Origin: Planctomycetota bacterium
Lineage (GTDB): Bacteria; Planctomycetota; UBA1135; UBA2386
Assembly (NCBI GenBank): GCA_046290465.1
Contig: JBKAGP010000001.1
Coordinates: 4,864,001-4,928,000 of the forward strand
DNA: 64,000 bases
Direction of reading: 5' to 3'
Part shown: positions 28,375 through 38,097 of the stretch, in pieces
How positions within the stretch are numbered: the first letter of the stretch is position 1
How the letters are laid out: each line of letters starts with the position of its first letter
Program-made: the position numbers and the translations under genes
Notes under the pieces: generated by a model
The model's database searches: none
Told to the model about the DNA's origin: nothing
What the model saw: only the letters and a program-made list of their open reading frames with translations

Positions 28375-29346
28375 GTGAGCTATCGCGTCGAACTGCCGGT
28401 CTTCTCGGGGCCCATGGACCTGCTGCTGCACCTCGTGCGGCAGTCCGAGGTCGACATCCACGAGGTCTCGATCGCGCCGATCCTCGATCGCTACCTCGAG
28501 AACCTGAAGGTGCTCCAGCAGCTCGACCTGCAGGACATCGGCGACTTCGTCGTGATGGCGAGCACGCTGATGGAGATCAAGTCGCGTGAGCTGCTGCCCA
28601 ACGAGTCGGTCGAGATCGAAGAAGAGCTCGACCCGCGCGACGACCTGATCCGGCGCCTGCTCGAGTACAAGCGCTACCGCGATCTCGCGCGCGAGCTCGA
28701 CGGTCGCGGCGAGCGCCGCCAGCGACAGAGCAACCTGGTGCTGGCGCAGCCGCCCGAGCTGAAGGGGCCCAAGGACGAGGACCTGCTCGACATGGGCGAA
28801 CTCGGCATCTGGGACCTGACGTCGGCGTTCGCCAAGCTGCTCGACGAGATCGGCAGCCAGCAGTCGCTGGAGGTCGAGGTCGAGAAGCGCGACGTCGGCT
28901 ACTACACGCACTCGCTGCTCGACACGTTCAAGAAGAAGCGCGAGGTGCGCTTCTCCGAGGTCTTCGACAAGAAAGAAGGCCGCTACGGGATGATCGGCAC
29001 GCTGATCGCGCTGCTCGAGATGATGAAGCAGGGCTACCTGCGCGCGTTCCAGAAGCAGTGCTTCGACGACATCAGCCTCGCCTACATCGGCAAGGACGAG
29101 GTCACCGCCGACCAGATCCTCGCCGGCATCTCGGCGGAGGACCTCGCCGAGCAGGAGGAGCAGGACCGCGAACGGCTGGAGCGCGTGCAGCGCGAGGCCG
29201 AGGCGGCGGCGAACGCCGGGGTCGAGGTCGGGGATGACGGGCTGGACGAGGATCTGGCTGCGGATCTCGGTGACGGCTTCGATGGTGAGGGGCTCGACGG
29301 TGATACCTCCGACGGTGGCGCCGAGAAGGCCGAGCCGCAGGGCTGA
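28375..29346 (+). CDS. scpA: Segregation and condensation protein A (kleisin)
   Basis: FSGPMDLLLHLV, DFVVMASTLMEIKSRELLP, RLLEYKRYR, ALLEMMK. Confidence 0.93.
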   Translation: MSYRVELPVFSGPMDLLLHLVRQSEVDIHEVSIAPILDRYLENLKVLQQLDLQDIGDFVVMASTLMEIKSRELLPNESVEIEEELDPRDDLIRRLLEYKRYRDLARELDGRGERRQRQSNLVLAQPPELKGPKDEDLLDMGELGIWDLTSAFAKLLDEIGSQQSLEVEVEKRDVGYYTHSLLDTFKKKREVRFSEVFDKKEGRYGMIGTLIALLEMMKQGYLRAFQKQCFDDISLAYIGKDEVTADQILAGISAEDLAEQEEQDRERLERVQREAEAAANAGVEVGDDGLDEDLAADLGDGFDGEGLDGDTSDGGAEKAEPQG

Positions 29347-29530
29347 TCGCCTGTCCCGGGCTGATGCAACCGGGCGCGCGGCCAACGGCCGTTGATACCG
29401 GGAAATCCGCGAACGTGCGGCGCCGCCGCATCTGGTCGTCCCCATAGCACCGCGCTGGCGGTTACCGTTCTCCGTCCCTCCATCCGCCCGATGGGGTTCG
29501 CCCGCCCGCCCTTCGGCGCCCACGTCTCCT

Positions 29531-32377
29531 ATGCCTGTATCGCCCCGATCGCTGCTCGCCGGCATCTTCTGCCTCGGCCTGTCGATCATCATGTTCGAGA
29601 TCGCGTTGACCCGCGTCTTCGCGATCATGATGTGGCACCACTTCACCTACATGGTGATCTCGATCGGCCTGCTCGGCTTCGGCGCCTCGGGCAGCCTGCT
29701 GACGGCCACCGGCCTCGGCCGCAAGGAGGGCGGCGCGGAGCGCGCGCTGGTGTGGACGAGCCTGGCGTACGGGATCAGCGTGGTGTTGGCGTTCTGCTTC
29801 ACGACGTTCGTGCGCATCGACGGCCTCTCGATCTGGAAGAACTGGTCCAACGCGCTCGCGCTGTTCCTGATCTACCTGATCGTGTTCGTGCCGTTCCTGC
29901 TGGGCGGTCTTGGCATCGGTCTGGCGCTGACGCGCTTCTCGAAGAACGTCAGCAAGCTCTACTTCGCCGACCTGGTCGGTTCGGCCGTCGGTGCCGGCCT
30001 GAGCGTGCTCGCACTGAAGGCCTTCGGTAGCTCGGCGGCGGTCGTCATCGCCGGCTGCTTCGGCCTGCTGGCGGCGTTCTGCTTCAGCTTCACCACGCCG
30101 CTCCGCTACCTGATCCTGAGTGTGCCGGGCCTGCTGATCGGGCTCTGGATGTTCCTCGGCTTCACGGGCCTGGCGACGTCGGTGGTGCCGAAGGTCGACT
30201 GGCGCGTTCCGTACGCGGTGGGCAAGGAGGCGGTGACGGTCGAGGCATTGCTCGCCGACCCCAAGGTGCGCGCCGGGCTCGGGGACGACGCAAAGCTCGT
30301 CAAACTGGCAAGCGCGACCGCCGAGGTCGAGGTCGGCCCGAGCATGCCCGGAGCCCCGATGATCGGCGGCGACATGGGCTTGGTCGACGAGCAGCCGATC
30401 ATCGCGCGCGCCGTGGGACAAGACGGTACGGCGCCGACGATGCTCTACCAGGGCGCGACGGAGCTGGCCAAGTTCCCGTTCCTCGATGATACCCAGGCTG
30501 CGTCGGCGTACGTCGTGCACCAGGCGTCGGGGCGCAAGGATCAGAAGTCGATGGTCATCGGCGTCGGCGGTGGCGTCGACGTGTTGGTGGCGCTTGCCAA
30601 CGGCGCCAAGCACGTCACCGCGGTGGAGCTCAACACCGCGATGATCGAGATGGTCACCGAGCGCTACGACGAGTACCTCGGTGGCCTGTTCACGACGAGC
30701 CCGCTCGCCGAGAAGATCGACCTCGTCAACAGCGAGGGGCGCGCCTGGCTGCGCTCGCACGACGACAAGTACGACGTCATCCAGATGAGCGGTGTCGACT
30801 CGTACACCGCGCTCAGTGGTGGCGCCTACACGCTCTCCGAGAGCTACCTCTACACCGTCGAGGCGGTCGAGGACTTCTACGAGCACCTGAAGCCGGACGG
30901 CATCGTCTGCTACTCGCGCTTCATGCTGAAGGCGCCCAAGGCTGCGCGCGAGACGCTGCGGCTGGCGAACATCGCGGTCGAAGGGCTGCGGCGCGCCGGC
31001 GTCGCCGAGCCGCACAAGCACGTCTGCGTGATGCGCGGCGGCATCGACTGGGCGTCGACGATGATCAAGCAGAGCCCGTTCACCGAGGTCGAGGTGAAGG
31101 CGCTGCGCCAGTTCTCGCGCAAGGAGGCGTTCGTCGGGCTGGTCTACGACCCGCTGATGGCGAAGGACGCGCCGATCGAGCCGCAACCCGAACACTTCTC
31201 GGTGCTGCTGAAGCGCATCAAGGATCCGATCACGGGGGCGTCGAAGGACATTCCGTCGCGGAACGAAGCGATCCGAGCCTGGTTCGCGGCGGCCGCTGAA
31301 GTGGCCAAGGGCAGGCCGGTCGGCAAGGACCTGCTGCCCGAAGCCATGCGCGAAGCTGCGGTGGGCAAGGTGCTCGTCAGCAAGCTCAACCAACTCAAGC
31401 CTGCGATCCTCAGCCAGGCCGAGTACATCCAGAAGACCATTGGCAACTTCCGCGACCTGCTGACCGCCGAGGGGGAGGAGAAGCAGGCCTTCTACGACGC
31501 GTATCCGTTCGACGTGCGCCCGTCGACCGACGACGCGCCGTTCTTCTTCAACTTCTACAAGTGGTCGAGCCTGTTCGGCGGCACCAAGCGCACCAAGGAC
31601 GCCGACGCCTTCAACTACCACACCGATTTTCCGATCGGGCACTTCATCCTGGGCATTTCGATGGTCCAGATCGTGCTGCTGGCCGCCGCGCTGATCTTCC
31701 TGCCGCTGCGCAAGCTCAAGCACGATGGCGTGCGCACGCCCGGCACGCTGCGCATCTTCCTGTACTTCGCCGCGCTCGGCCTCGGCTTCATGTTGTTCGA
31801 GATCGCGCTGATGCAGAAGCTCGTGATCTTCCTCGGCCACCCGACCTACGCGCTGTCGGTGGTGCTCGTCAGCCTGCTCGCGTCGGCCGGCATCGGCTCG
31901 CTGCTGTCGGGTCGCATCCGCCAGGTGCAGAAGAAGCACCTGCTGCTGATCCTGCTCGGCGTGCTCGCGGCGATCGCGATGAACGTCTACGTGGTCAACG
32001 AGCTGCTGCCGCAGTGGCTCGGCTTCGACCTGTGGCTGCGCGTCACGATCGTCGTCGCGATGCTGGTGCCGACCGGCCTGATGCTCGGCATGCCGTTCCC
32101 GTGCGGCATCCGGGTCGTCGAGCGCACCTGTCCGCACCTGATCCCGTGGGGCTGGGCGATCAACGCGTTCTTCAGCGTGTTCGGCTCGATCTTCTGCATC
32201 GTGCTGAGCATGGCGATCGGCTTCTCCAACGTCTTCTACGTCGCCGCCGGCGTCTACGTCGTCGGCCTGCTGTTCATGAAGGCCTCGGGGGACGCGGTCG
32301 AACCCGCCGATCATGTGCGGACCGACGACGAGATCGACGCGACCGCGACCGTGGTGTCGCAGGACCTGCAGCTCTGA
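29531..32377 (+). CDS. Multi-TM spermidine-synthase-like / SAM-dependent transferase fusion
   Basis: FEIALTRVF, ISIGLLGFGASG, LYFADLVGSA, VIGVGGGVD, SEGRAWL, SESYLYTVEA, PSTDDAPFF, WGWAINAFFSV. Confidence 0.85.
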   Translation: MPVSPRSLLAGIFCLGLSIIMFEIALTRVFAIMMWHHFTYMVISIGLLGFGASGSLLTATGLGRKEGGAERALVWTSLAYGISVVLAFCFTTFVRIDGLSIWKNWSNALALFLIYLIVFVPFLLGGLGIGLALTRFSKNVSKLYFADLVGSAVGAGLSVLALKAFGSSAAVVIAGCFGLLAAFCFSFTTPLRYLILSVPGLLIGLWMFLGFTGLATSVVPKVDWRVPYAVGKEAVTVEALLADPKVRAGLGDDAKLVKLASATAEVEVGPSMPGAPMIGGDMGLVDEQPIIARAVGQDGTAPTMLYQGATELAKFPFLDDTQAASAYVVHQASGRKDQKSMVIGVGGGVDVLVALANGAKHVTAVELNTAMIEMVTERYDEYLGGLFTTSPLAEKIDLVNSEGRAWLRSHDDKYDVIQMSGVDSYTALSGGAYTLSESYLYTVEAVEDFYEHLKPDGIVCYSRFMLKAPKAARETLRLANIAVEGLRRAGVAEPHKHVCVMRGGIDWASTMIKQSPFTEVEVKALRQFSRKEAFVGLVYDPLMAKDAPIEPQPEHFSVLLKRIKDPITGASKDIPSRNEAIRAWFAAAAEVAKGRPVGKDLLPEAMREAAVGKVLVSKLNQLKPAILSQAEYIQKTIGNFRDLLTAEGEEKQAFYDAYPFDVRPSTDDAPFFFNFYKWSSLFGGTKRTKDADAFNYHTDFPIGHFILGISMVQIVLLAAALIFLPLRKLKHDGVRTPGTLRIFLYFAALGLGFMLFEIALMQKLVIFLGHPTYALSVVLVSLLASAGIGSLLSGRIRQVQKKHLLLILLGVLAAIAMNVYVVNELLPQWLGFDLWLRVTIVVAMLVPTGLMLGMPFPCGIRVVERTCPHLIPWGWAINAFFSVFGSIFCIVLSMAIGFSNVFYVAAGVYVVGLLFMKASGDAVEPADHVRTDDEIDATATVVSQDLQL

Positions 32378-33540
32378 TGGCGGTTCCTCCGCTCGCGAGT
32401 CCCGAACAGGTCGACGCCGCGCTCGCCTCGCTGCGCGGCTGGGCGCGCCTGGGCGAGCAGTTGACGGCGCGCTACGTGCTGCCGACGTTCGCCGAAGCGG
32501 TCGCGTTCACCACCAAGATTGCGACGGTCGCCGACCAACAGAACCACCATCCGGAGTGGCGCGTCGCCTACCGGGACGTCGAGCTGCTGACGACGACGCA
32601 CGACGCCGGTGGGTTGACGCGGCTCGACCTCGAGTTGGCGGAGCGGATCGCCGCGATCGCCGACGAGTGCGGCGCCGAGGCCGCCGACGGCGACGACGTG
32701 CAGGTCCGCGGTCACACCTGGGTGCCGCCCGGCCACTTCTACTCGCCGATCGTCAACCGGGACGAGGTGCGCGCCGACGCGGGGCGCCTGTTCTCCGACG
32801 AGCTGCGCGTGCTGCACGGGGTCGACCTGCGCATCGACGAGCAGCTGGCGCTGGTGCGCGAGCTGCTGCCGTTCTACGGCGAAGAGGACTTTGCCGACGG
32901 GCCCGTGGCCGGACGCCGCTACCACACCGACAACGACTACTTCGGCTTCGTCGACGCGTGGACGCTCTACGCGGTGCTGCGGCACCTGCGGCCGCGACGC
33001 GTGATCGAGGTCGGCTCGGGCTGGTCGTCGGCGGTGCTGCTCGATACCGACGAACGGTTCCTCGGCGCGCGCACCGAGTGCACCTTCATCGAGCCGTATC
33101 CAGAGCGGCTGCTGTCGCTGATGACCGACGCGGACCGCCAGCGCACCCGCCTGCTGCGCAGCCGGCTGCAGGACGTCGACCTCGCCGAGTTCGCGCGGCT
33201 CGAGGCCGGCGACGTCCTGTTCGTCGACTCGAGCCACGTCGCCAAGACCGGCTCCGACGTCGTGCACGCGCTGTTCGAGGTGCTGCCGACGCTGCAGGCG
33301 GGCGTCTGGGTGCACTTCCACGACGTGCACGGCAACTTCGAGTACAGCCGCGAGTGGGTCGAGCAAGGCCGCTCGTGGAACGAGAGCTACTTCCTGCGCG
33401 CGTTCCTGATGCACAACCGCGAATGGCAGGTGATGCTGCACTCGCCGAGCCTCGAGTTGTGCGCCGCGCACGAGCTGGTCTCCGCGATGCCGCGCATGGC
33501 GGGCGGCGGCGGCGGCAGCCTGTGGCTGCGCAGGGGGTGA
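32377..33540 (+). CDS. Pterin-4a-carbinolamine dehydratase domain fused to a class I SAM methyltransferase-like domain
   Basis: N-terminal ADQQNHHPEW...TTHDAGGLTRLDLELA (PhhB/PCD). C-terminal PGHFYSPI, IEVGSGWSS, LFVDSSH, HFHD, WNESY. ATG overlaps the upstream TGA. Confidence 0.82.
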   Translation: MAVPPLASPEQVDAALASLRGWARLGEQLTARYVLPTFAEAVAFTTKIATVADQQNHHPEWRVAYRDVELLTTTHDAGGLTRLDLELAERIAAIADECGAEAADGDDVQVRGHTWVPPGHFYSPIVNRDEVRADAGRLFSDELRVLHGVDLRIDEQLALVRELLPFYGEEDFADGPVAGRRYHTDNDYFGFVDAWTLYAVLRHLRPRRVIEVGSGWSSAVLLDTDERFLGARTECTFIEPYPERLLSLMTDADRQRTRLLRSRLQDVDLAEFARLEAGDVLFVDSSHVAKTGSDVVHALFEVLPTLQAGVWVHFHDVHGNFEYSREWVEQGRSWNESYFLRAFLMHNREWQVMLHSPSLELCAAHELVSAMPRMAGGGGGSLWLRRG

Positions 33541-33543
33541 CGC

Positions 33544-36500
33544 GTGGGCGACGAGCCGGACATCGACTGGGACTTCGTCGAGGACCTCGCCTTCCAGTGC
33601 CTCGAGCTGCGCTCGGCCGATGGCGGCGGTGAGGCGGCAGTCGAAGCCCTGCTCGCGCAGCATCCCCCGCAGGTCGTCAGCGAGGTCCGCCGCACGCTCG
33701 ACAACGTGTCGGACTGGAGCGACGCGGTGCCGAGCACCGACAGCTCGCTGCGCATTCCGGACCGGCTGGGGCCGTACGAACTGCAGGCGCGGCTCGGCCA
33801 GGGCGGCATGGGGGCGGTCTACGAGGGCGTCGATGCCTCGCTCGGTCGCCGCGTCGCGGTCAAGGTCGTGCGCCCCGACCTGCTGGCGCTCGGGGGCGCG
33901 CGCGAGCGCTTCCGGCGCGAGGTCGAAGCCGTGGCGCGGCTGTCGCACCCCGGCATCGTGCCGGTCTACCAGGTCGGGGAGGACGACGGCCTGCCGTGGT
34001 TCGCGATGGAGCTCGTCGACGGCGAATCGCTGGCGGAGATCGTCTGGCGGCTGCGCGAGCGCGACCCATCGACCCTGCAGGGCACCGACCTGCTCGGCGA
34101 GCGTTCGCGCAGCGGTTCGCAGCAGAGCACCTTCGTCGGCTCGTGGGAGCGCGCCTGCGTGCGCGTCGTGCTCGAACTCGCCGATGCGCTGTCGCACGCG
34201 CACGGCCGCACCGTGCTGCACCGCGACGTCAAGCCGTCCAACGCGGTGATCGACGCCGCCGGCCACGCGCGCCTGCTCGACTTCGGGCTGTCGCAGCTCG
34301 AAGGGACCAGCGACCTGACCAAGAGCGGTGCGCTGCTCGGTTCGCTGCCGTATGCGCCGCCCGAGCAGGTCGCGGGGGAGGCGCCCGAGCACGACGCGCG
34401 CGCCGACGTCTACTCGCTCGGCGTCACGCTCTACGAGCTGCTGACGCTGCGCTCGCCGTTCTTCGACAAGAACGAGGCCAACACCCGCAAGAACGTCGAA
34501 CGCGGCGCGCCCGCGCCGGTGCGGCAGCGCAACCGGGCGGTGTCGTGGGAGGTCGCGACGGTGACGGCGGTCGCAATGGACCGCGACCCGGCGCGTCGCT
34601 ACCAGTCGATGGTCGAGTTTGCCGCGGATCTGCAGCGTGTGCTCGACCGACGACCGATCGTCGCGCGGCCGCCAGGAGCGTGGCTGCGGCTGCGGCGCGC
34701 CGTCGAACGGCACCCGGCGAAGGCGACCGCGGCGGCTGCCGCGGTGTTGGCCGTGGTCGGCCTGTTGTGGGTCTACGCGGTCGGGCTGCGCGACGAGCGC
34801 GACCGCGCGCTGGCCGCTCAGCAGGAGGCCGAACGGTTGCGCGACGCCGATCGCGAGCGCAGCTATCGCGCCGGCCTCGCAGCCGCGCACCTGGCGCTGC
34901 AGCTCGGCCAGGTCGCCGAGGCCCGTCGGCAGCTCGAGCGGTGCCCCGAGGAGATGCGGGCGTTCGGCTGGCGCCATCTGATGGCGAAGACCGACGAGAG
35001 CGTGCAGCGCGCCGACGTCAGCGACAAGTTCCTGCGCGGCGTGGTCGCCACCCGCCACGGCCTGGTCGTCGGCGGCGTCGACGGCGTGCTGCGGCACGTC
35101 ACGATGGGTGGCCTCGAGGCGACGAGGTTCGAACCGGAGAGCCCGGCCGGCGTGCTCGACCTCGACGCCACCTGGGACATGCAGCACGTCGTCACCGCGC
35201 ACATGGACGAGCGCGTGCGCATCTGGGACGGAACGTCGCGGCAGCTGCGCGGCGAGGTCGCGTTCTCGGAGCTCTACGGCGATCGCGAGCTGCAGCCACA
35301 CCAGCGCGCGTCGTTCGGCGTTGCCGTGGCCAGGGACGGTACGCGCGCCTACGGCGTCAGCGCCGGCGGCGCGGTCGCGGTCATCGACGTCGCCAAGGCC
35401 GAGCGGGTCGGCGGCTTCCTGTTGCCGCCCGTGCGTGGCGGGGTGTTCTCGGTCGCGGTGCATCCCGACGGCAACCAGCTCGCGATCGGCCACGACCACG
35501 ACGTGCTGCTGGTCGAGCCCGACGGCAAGGTCGTGCGCCGCATGCCCGGTCATCGCGGCTTCGTGTTCTCACTGCAGTATTCCCCGGACGGCCGCTACCT
35601 GCTGTCGGCGAGCCAGGACCGGACCGCACGGCTGTGGCGCACCGACACCGGCGACTGTGGCGTGACGCTGTTCGGCCACGGCGGCGAACTGCACGACGCG
35701 ACCTTCGCCGGCGACGGTTCGGTCTGGACCGCCAGCAGCGACGGCACGCTGCGCAGCTGGAACCCCGTCACCGGCCGCGAGCGGCAGCGACGCCTCGGCC
35801 ACCGCGGGGCCGTCTACAGCCTGTTCGTGACGCGCTACCAAGGGCGTGAGTTCGTCGTCAGCGCCGGCCTCGACGGCACCGTGCGCAAGTGGGACGCACG
35901 CGTCGGCAAGGCGCGTTCGCGGATCGGCCGTCCGGGGCGCACGATGCAGCAGCAGCTGCTGGTGCACGACGACGGCACGCGGTGCACGCTGGTCGATGCC
36001 GGCAACGGCGTGCGCACGTTCTCGCTGCCGGACGGAGCCGCGCTCGAGCCGCTGGTCGCCGACGCGGTCGACGGCGTCGCGGTGCTCGGCGACGATGTCG
36101 TGACGCTGCGCGGCGGGACGTTGCGGCGGCAACGCGACGGCCAGCAGCTGCGCGGCCACGAGCAGCCGATCAAGACGCTGCGCTACCTGCCCGACGGGCG
36201 GCTGGTCGCAACCGAGGTCGAGGGCCACGTCGTGGTCTGGTCGGCCGGCAGCCTCGATGGGCAGCGGCATCCCGCGCACGACGGCGATGCCGTGGTGATC
36301 CAGCCGGTCGACGGCGCGTTCGTCACCGCGGGCCGCGACGGAAAGGTCCTGCATTGGGACGGCGGCACGCGCCGGCTGCTGCTCGGGGCCGGCAAGGGTT
36401 GGGAGGGGGCCGCATTCGCGACGGACGACCGCATCCTCTACCTCGCCGGCGCCGAACGACTGCTCGCGCTCGATCTCGCGACCGGCAACGTTCGTTGGCA

Positions 36501-36723
36501 GCGCGATTTCGAGTTCTTGATGCGAGATGTTGCAACGGTGTCGGGTGGTCGCCGGTTGTTGGTCTGCGGTACCGACCGGGCCCTGCACGTCATCGACGCC
36601 GCCGATGGCGGCGAGCTGCTGACGCTGCCGGCGGACAACATCCTGCAGTCGGTCGCGGCGGCGGGCGACGTGGCGGTCACCGCCACGGTGTACAGTGCCG
36701 TAGACCTCTGGCTCGGTAGATGA
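33544..36723 (+). CDS. Ser/Thr protein kinase with C-terminal WD40 repeats
   Basis: LGQGGMGAVY, VAVK, HRDVKPSN, DFG, YAPPEQ; GH...S.D.T.R.W repeats. Confidence 0.93.
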   Translation: MGDEPDIDWDFVEDLAFQCLELRSADGGGEAAVEALLAQHPPQVVSEVRRTLDNVSDWSDAVPSTDSSLRIPDRLGPYELQARLGQGGMGAVYEGVDASLGRRVAVKVVRPDLLALGGARERFRREVEAVARLSHPGIVPVYQVGEDDGLPWFAMELVDGESLAEIVWRLRERDPSTLQGTDLLGERSRSGSQQSTFVGSWERACVRVVLELADALSHAHGRTVLHRDVKPSNAVIDAAGHARLLDFGLSQLEGTSDLTKSGALLGSLPYAPPEQVAGEAPEHDARADVYSLGVTLYELLTLRSPFFDKNEANTRKNVERGAPAPVRQRNRAVSWEVATVTAVAMDRDPARRYQSMVEFAADLQRVLDRRPIVARPPGAWLRLRRAVERHPAKATAAAAAVLAVVGLLWVYAVGLRDERDRALAAQQEAERLRDADRERSYRAGLAAAHLALQLGQVAEARRQLERCPEEMRAFGWRHLMAKTDESVQRADVSDKFLRGVVATRHGLVVGGVDGVLRHVTMGGLEATRFEPESPAGVLDLDATWDMQHVVTAHMDERVRIWDGTSRQLRGEVAFSELYGDRELQPHQRASFGVAVARDGTRAYGVSAGGAVAVIDVAKAERVGGFLLPPVRGGVFSVAVHPDGNQLAIGHDHDVLLVEPDGKVVRRMPGHRGFVFSLQYSPDGRYLLSASQDRTARLWRTDTGDCGVTLFGHGGELHDATFAGDGSVWTASSDGTLRSWNPVTGRERQRRLGHRGAVYSLFVTRYQGREFVVSAGLDGTVRKWDARVGKARSRIGRPGRTMQQQLLVHDDGTRCTLVDAGNGVRTFSLPDGAALEPLVADAVDGVAVLGDDVVTLRGGTLRRQRDGQQLRGHEQPIKTLRYLPDGRLVATEVEGHVVVWSAGSLDGQRHPAHDGDAVVIQPVDGAFVTAGRDGKVLHWDGGTRRLLLGAGKGWEGAAFATDDRILYLAGAERLLALDLATGNVRWQRDFEFLMRDVATVSGGRRLLVCGTDRALHVIDAADGGELLTLPADNILQSVAAAGDVAVTATVYSAVDLWLGR

Positions 36724-37358
36724 CGATTCCCCCTGACTCCTGTGACTCGGTGATGCTCGCGCAGAGCGCGAGCGGCGGCGACCGAGACGCGCTGCTGCAG
36801 CTGCTGCAGCGCTACCTGCCGGAGCTGCGCGCGTTCATCCGCCTGCGCACCGGCCCGCGGCTGCTCGCCCAGGAGACCCCCGACGATCTGGTGCAGTCGG
36901 TCTGCCGCGAGGTGATCGGCAACCTCGGTGGGTTCGACTATCGGTCGGAGCAGGCGTTCAAGAGCTGGCTGTTCCTCAACGCGCTGCACAAGGTGCAGGA
37001 CAAGGCGCGCTACTACGCCGCCGAGAAGCGCAATCCAGAACGCGCGTGGGGTGCGGTCGAAGATCCACAGCTGCTGAGCGGCTACGTGTCGATGCTCAGT
37101 CCGAGCCGCGTCGCGATCGCGCGCGAAGACGTCACGCTGCTCGAGCAGGCGTTCGACAAGCTGCCCGACGAGTATCGCGAAGTGATCACGCTGCACCGCC
37201 TGCTCGGTCTCGATCACGAACAGATCGCGGCGCGCATGGGGCGTTCGACGGCTGCGAGTCGCGTGTTGTTGCACCGCGCTCTGGCTCGTCTCGGCAGGAT
37301 CCTCGCGGCTTCGCGTGACGACAAGGGACGCGACGAGACCCGTTCGTTCGACGGCTAG
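36720..37358 (+). CDS. ECF-type RNA polymerase sigma factor (kinase-associated type)
   Basis: DDLVQSV, FKSWL, SPSRVA, LPDEYREVI, IAARMGRS..ASRVLLHRAL; overlaps the kinase stop (ATGA). Confidence 0.9.
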   Translation: MTIPPDSCDSVMLAQSASGGDRDALLQLLQRYLPELRAFIRLRTGPRLLAQETPDDLVQSVCREVIGNLGGFDYRSEQAFKSWLFLNALHKVQDKARYYAAEKRNPERAWGAVEDPQLLSGYVSMLSPSRVAIAREDVTLLEQAFDKLPDEYREVITLHRLLGLDHEQIAARMGRSTAASRVLLHRALARLGRILAASRDDKGRDETRSFDG

Positions 37359-37430
37359 GAGCGCGTCCATGTAGTGGACGCGCTGCCGACCGTGATCGCG
37401 GAAGCGGCGTGTCCGCGTGCGGACGGGGCT

Positions 37431-37467
37431 TTGCCCGCTAGCGCCGTTGCCCGCTAGCGCCGTTGCC
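37431..37467. repeat. Short tandem repeat between convergent genes
   Basis: TTGCCCGCTAGCGCCG x2 plus TTGCC. Confidence 0.6.
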
Positions 37468-37470
37468 GGC

Positions 37471-38091
37471 TCAGGACGAGCTGGCGAGCAGCGCCGGCAG
37501 GCGGTCGACGAGCTGCAGCAAGGCCTTGCCGCGGTGGCTGAGCCGGTCCTTGACGTCGGCGCCGAGCACGGCGAACGAACGGCTCATGTCGTCGCGGTGC
37601 TCAACCGGGACGAAGATCGGGTCGTAGCCGAAGCCGCCCTCGCCGCTCGGCTCGGTCCGCAGGATGCCCTCGCAGGCGGACTCGATGCCGGCGAGCACGC
37701 GGCCGTCCGGTGCTGCGACGCACAGGCTGCAGACGAAGCGCGCCGTGCGGCGCTCGTGCGGAACGTCGCGCAGTTCGTCGAGCAGCCGCAGCAGCCGGCC
37801 GCGATCATCGAGGCCGGGTCCGCCGTAGCGCGCGGAGTGCACGCCCGGCCGGCCGTCGAGCGCGTCGACGCACAGGCCGCTGTCGTCGGCGAGCGCGATG
37901 CCGCCCGACAGTTCGGCGAGCAGCGACGCCTTCTTGCGCGCGTTGCCGGCGAAGTCCGGCTGGTCCTCGACCGGTTCGAACGGAACGTCGAGGTCCTTCG
38001 GCGTGCGCAGCGTGACGCCGATCGGTTCGAGCAGGCGGGTCAGCTCGGCGAGCTTCTTGGCGTTGTTGGTGCCGATCCAGAGCTCGGGCAT
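37471..38091 (-). CDS. rdgB: Non-canonical purine NTP pyrophosphatase (RdgB/HAM1)
   Basis: GTNNAKK, ADDSGL.VDALDGRPGVHSARY, GFGYDPIF, SHRGKA. Confidence 0.95.
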   Translation of the reverse strand: MPELWIGTNNAKKLAELTRLLEPIGVTLRTPKDLDVPFEPVEDQPDFAGNARKKASLLAELSGGIALADDSGLCVDALDGRPGVHSARYGGPGLDDRGRLLRLLDELRDVPHERRTARFVCSLCVAAPDGRVLAGIESACEGILRTEPSGEGGFGYDPIFVPVEHRDDMSRSFAVLGADVKDRLSHRGKALLQLVDRLPALLASSS

Positions 38092-38097
38092 CGGCGC

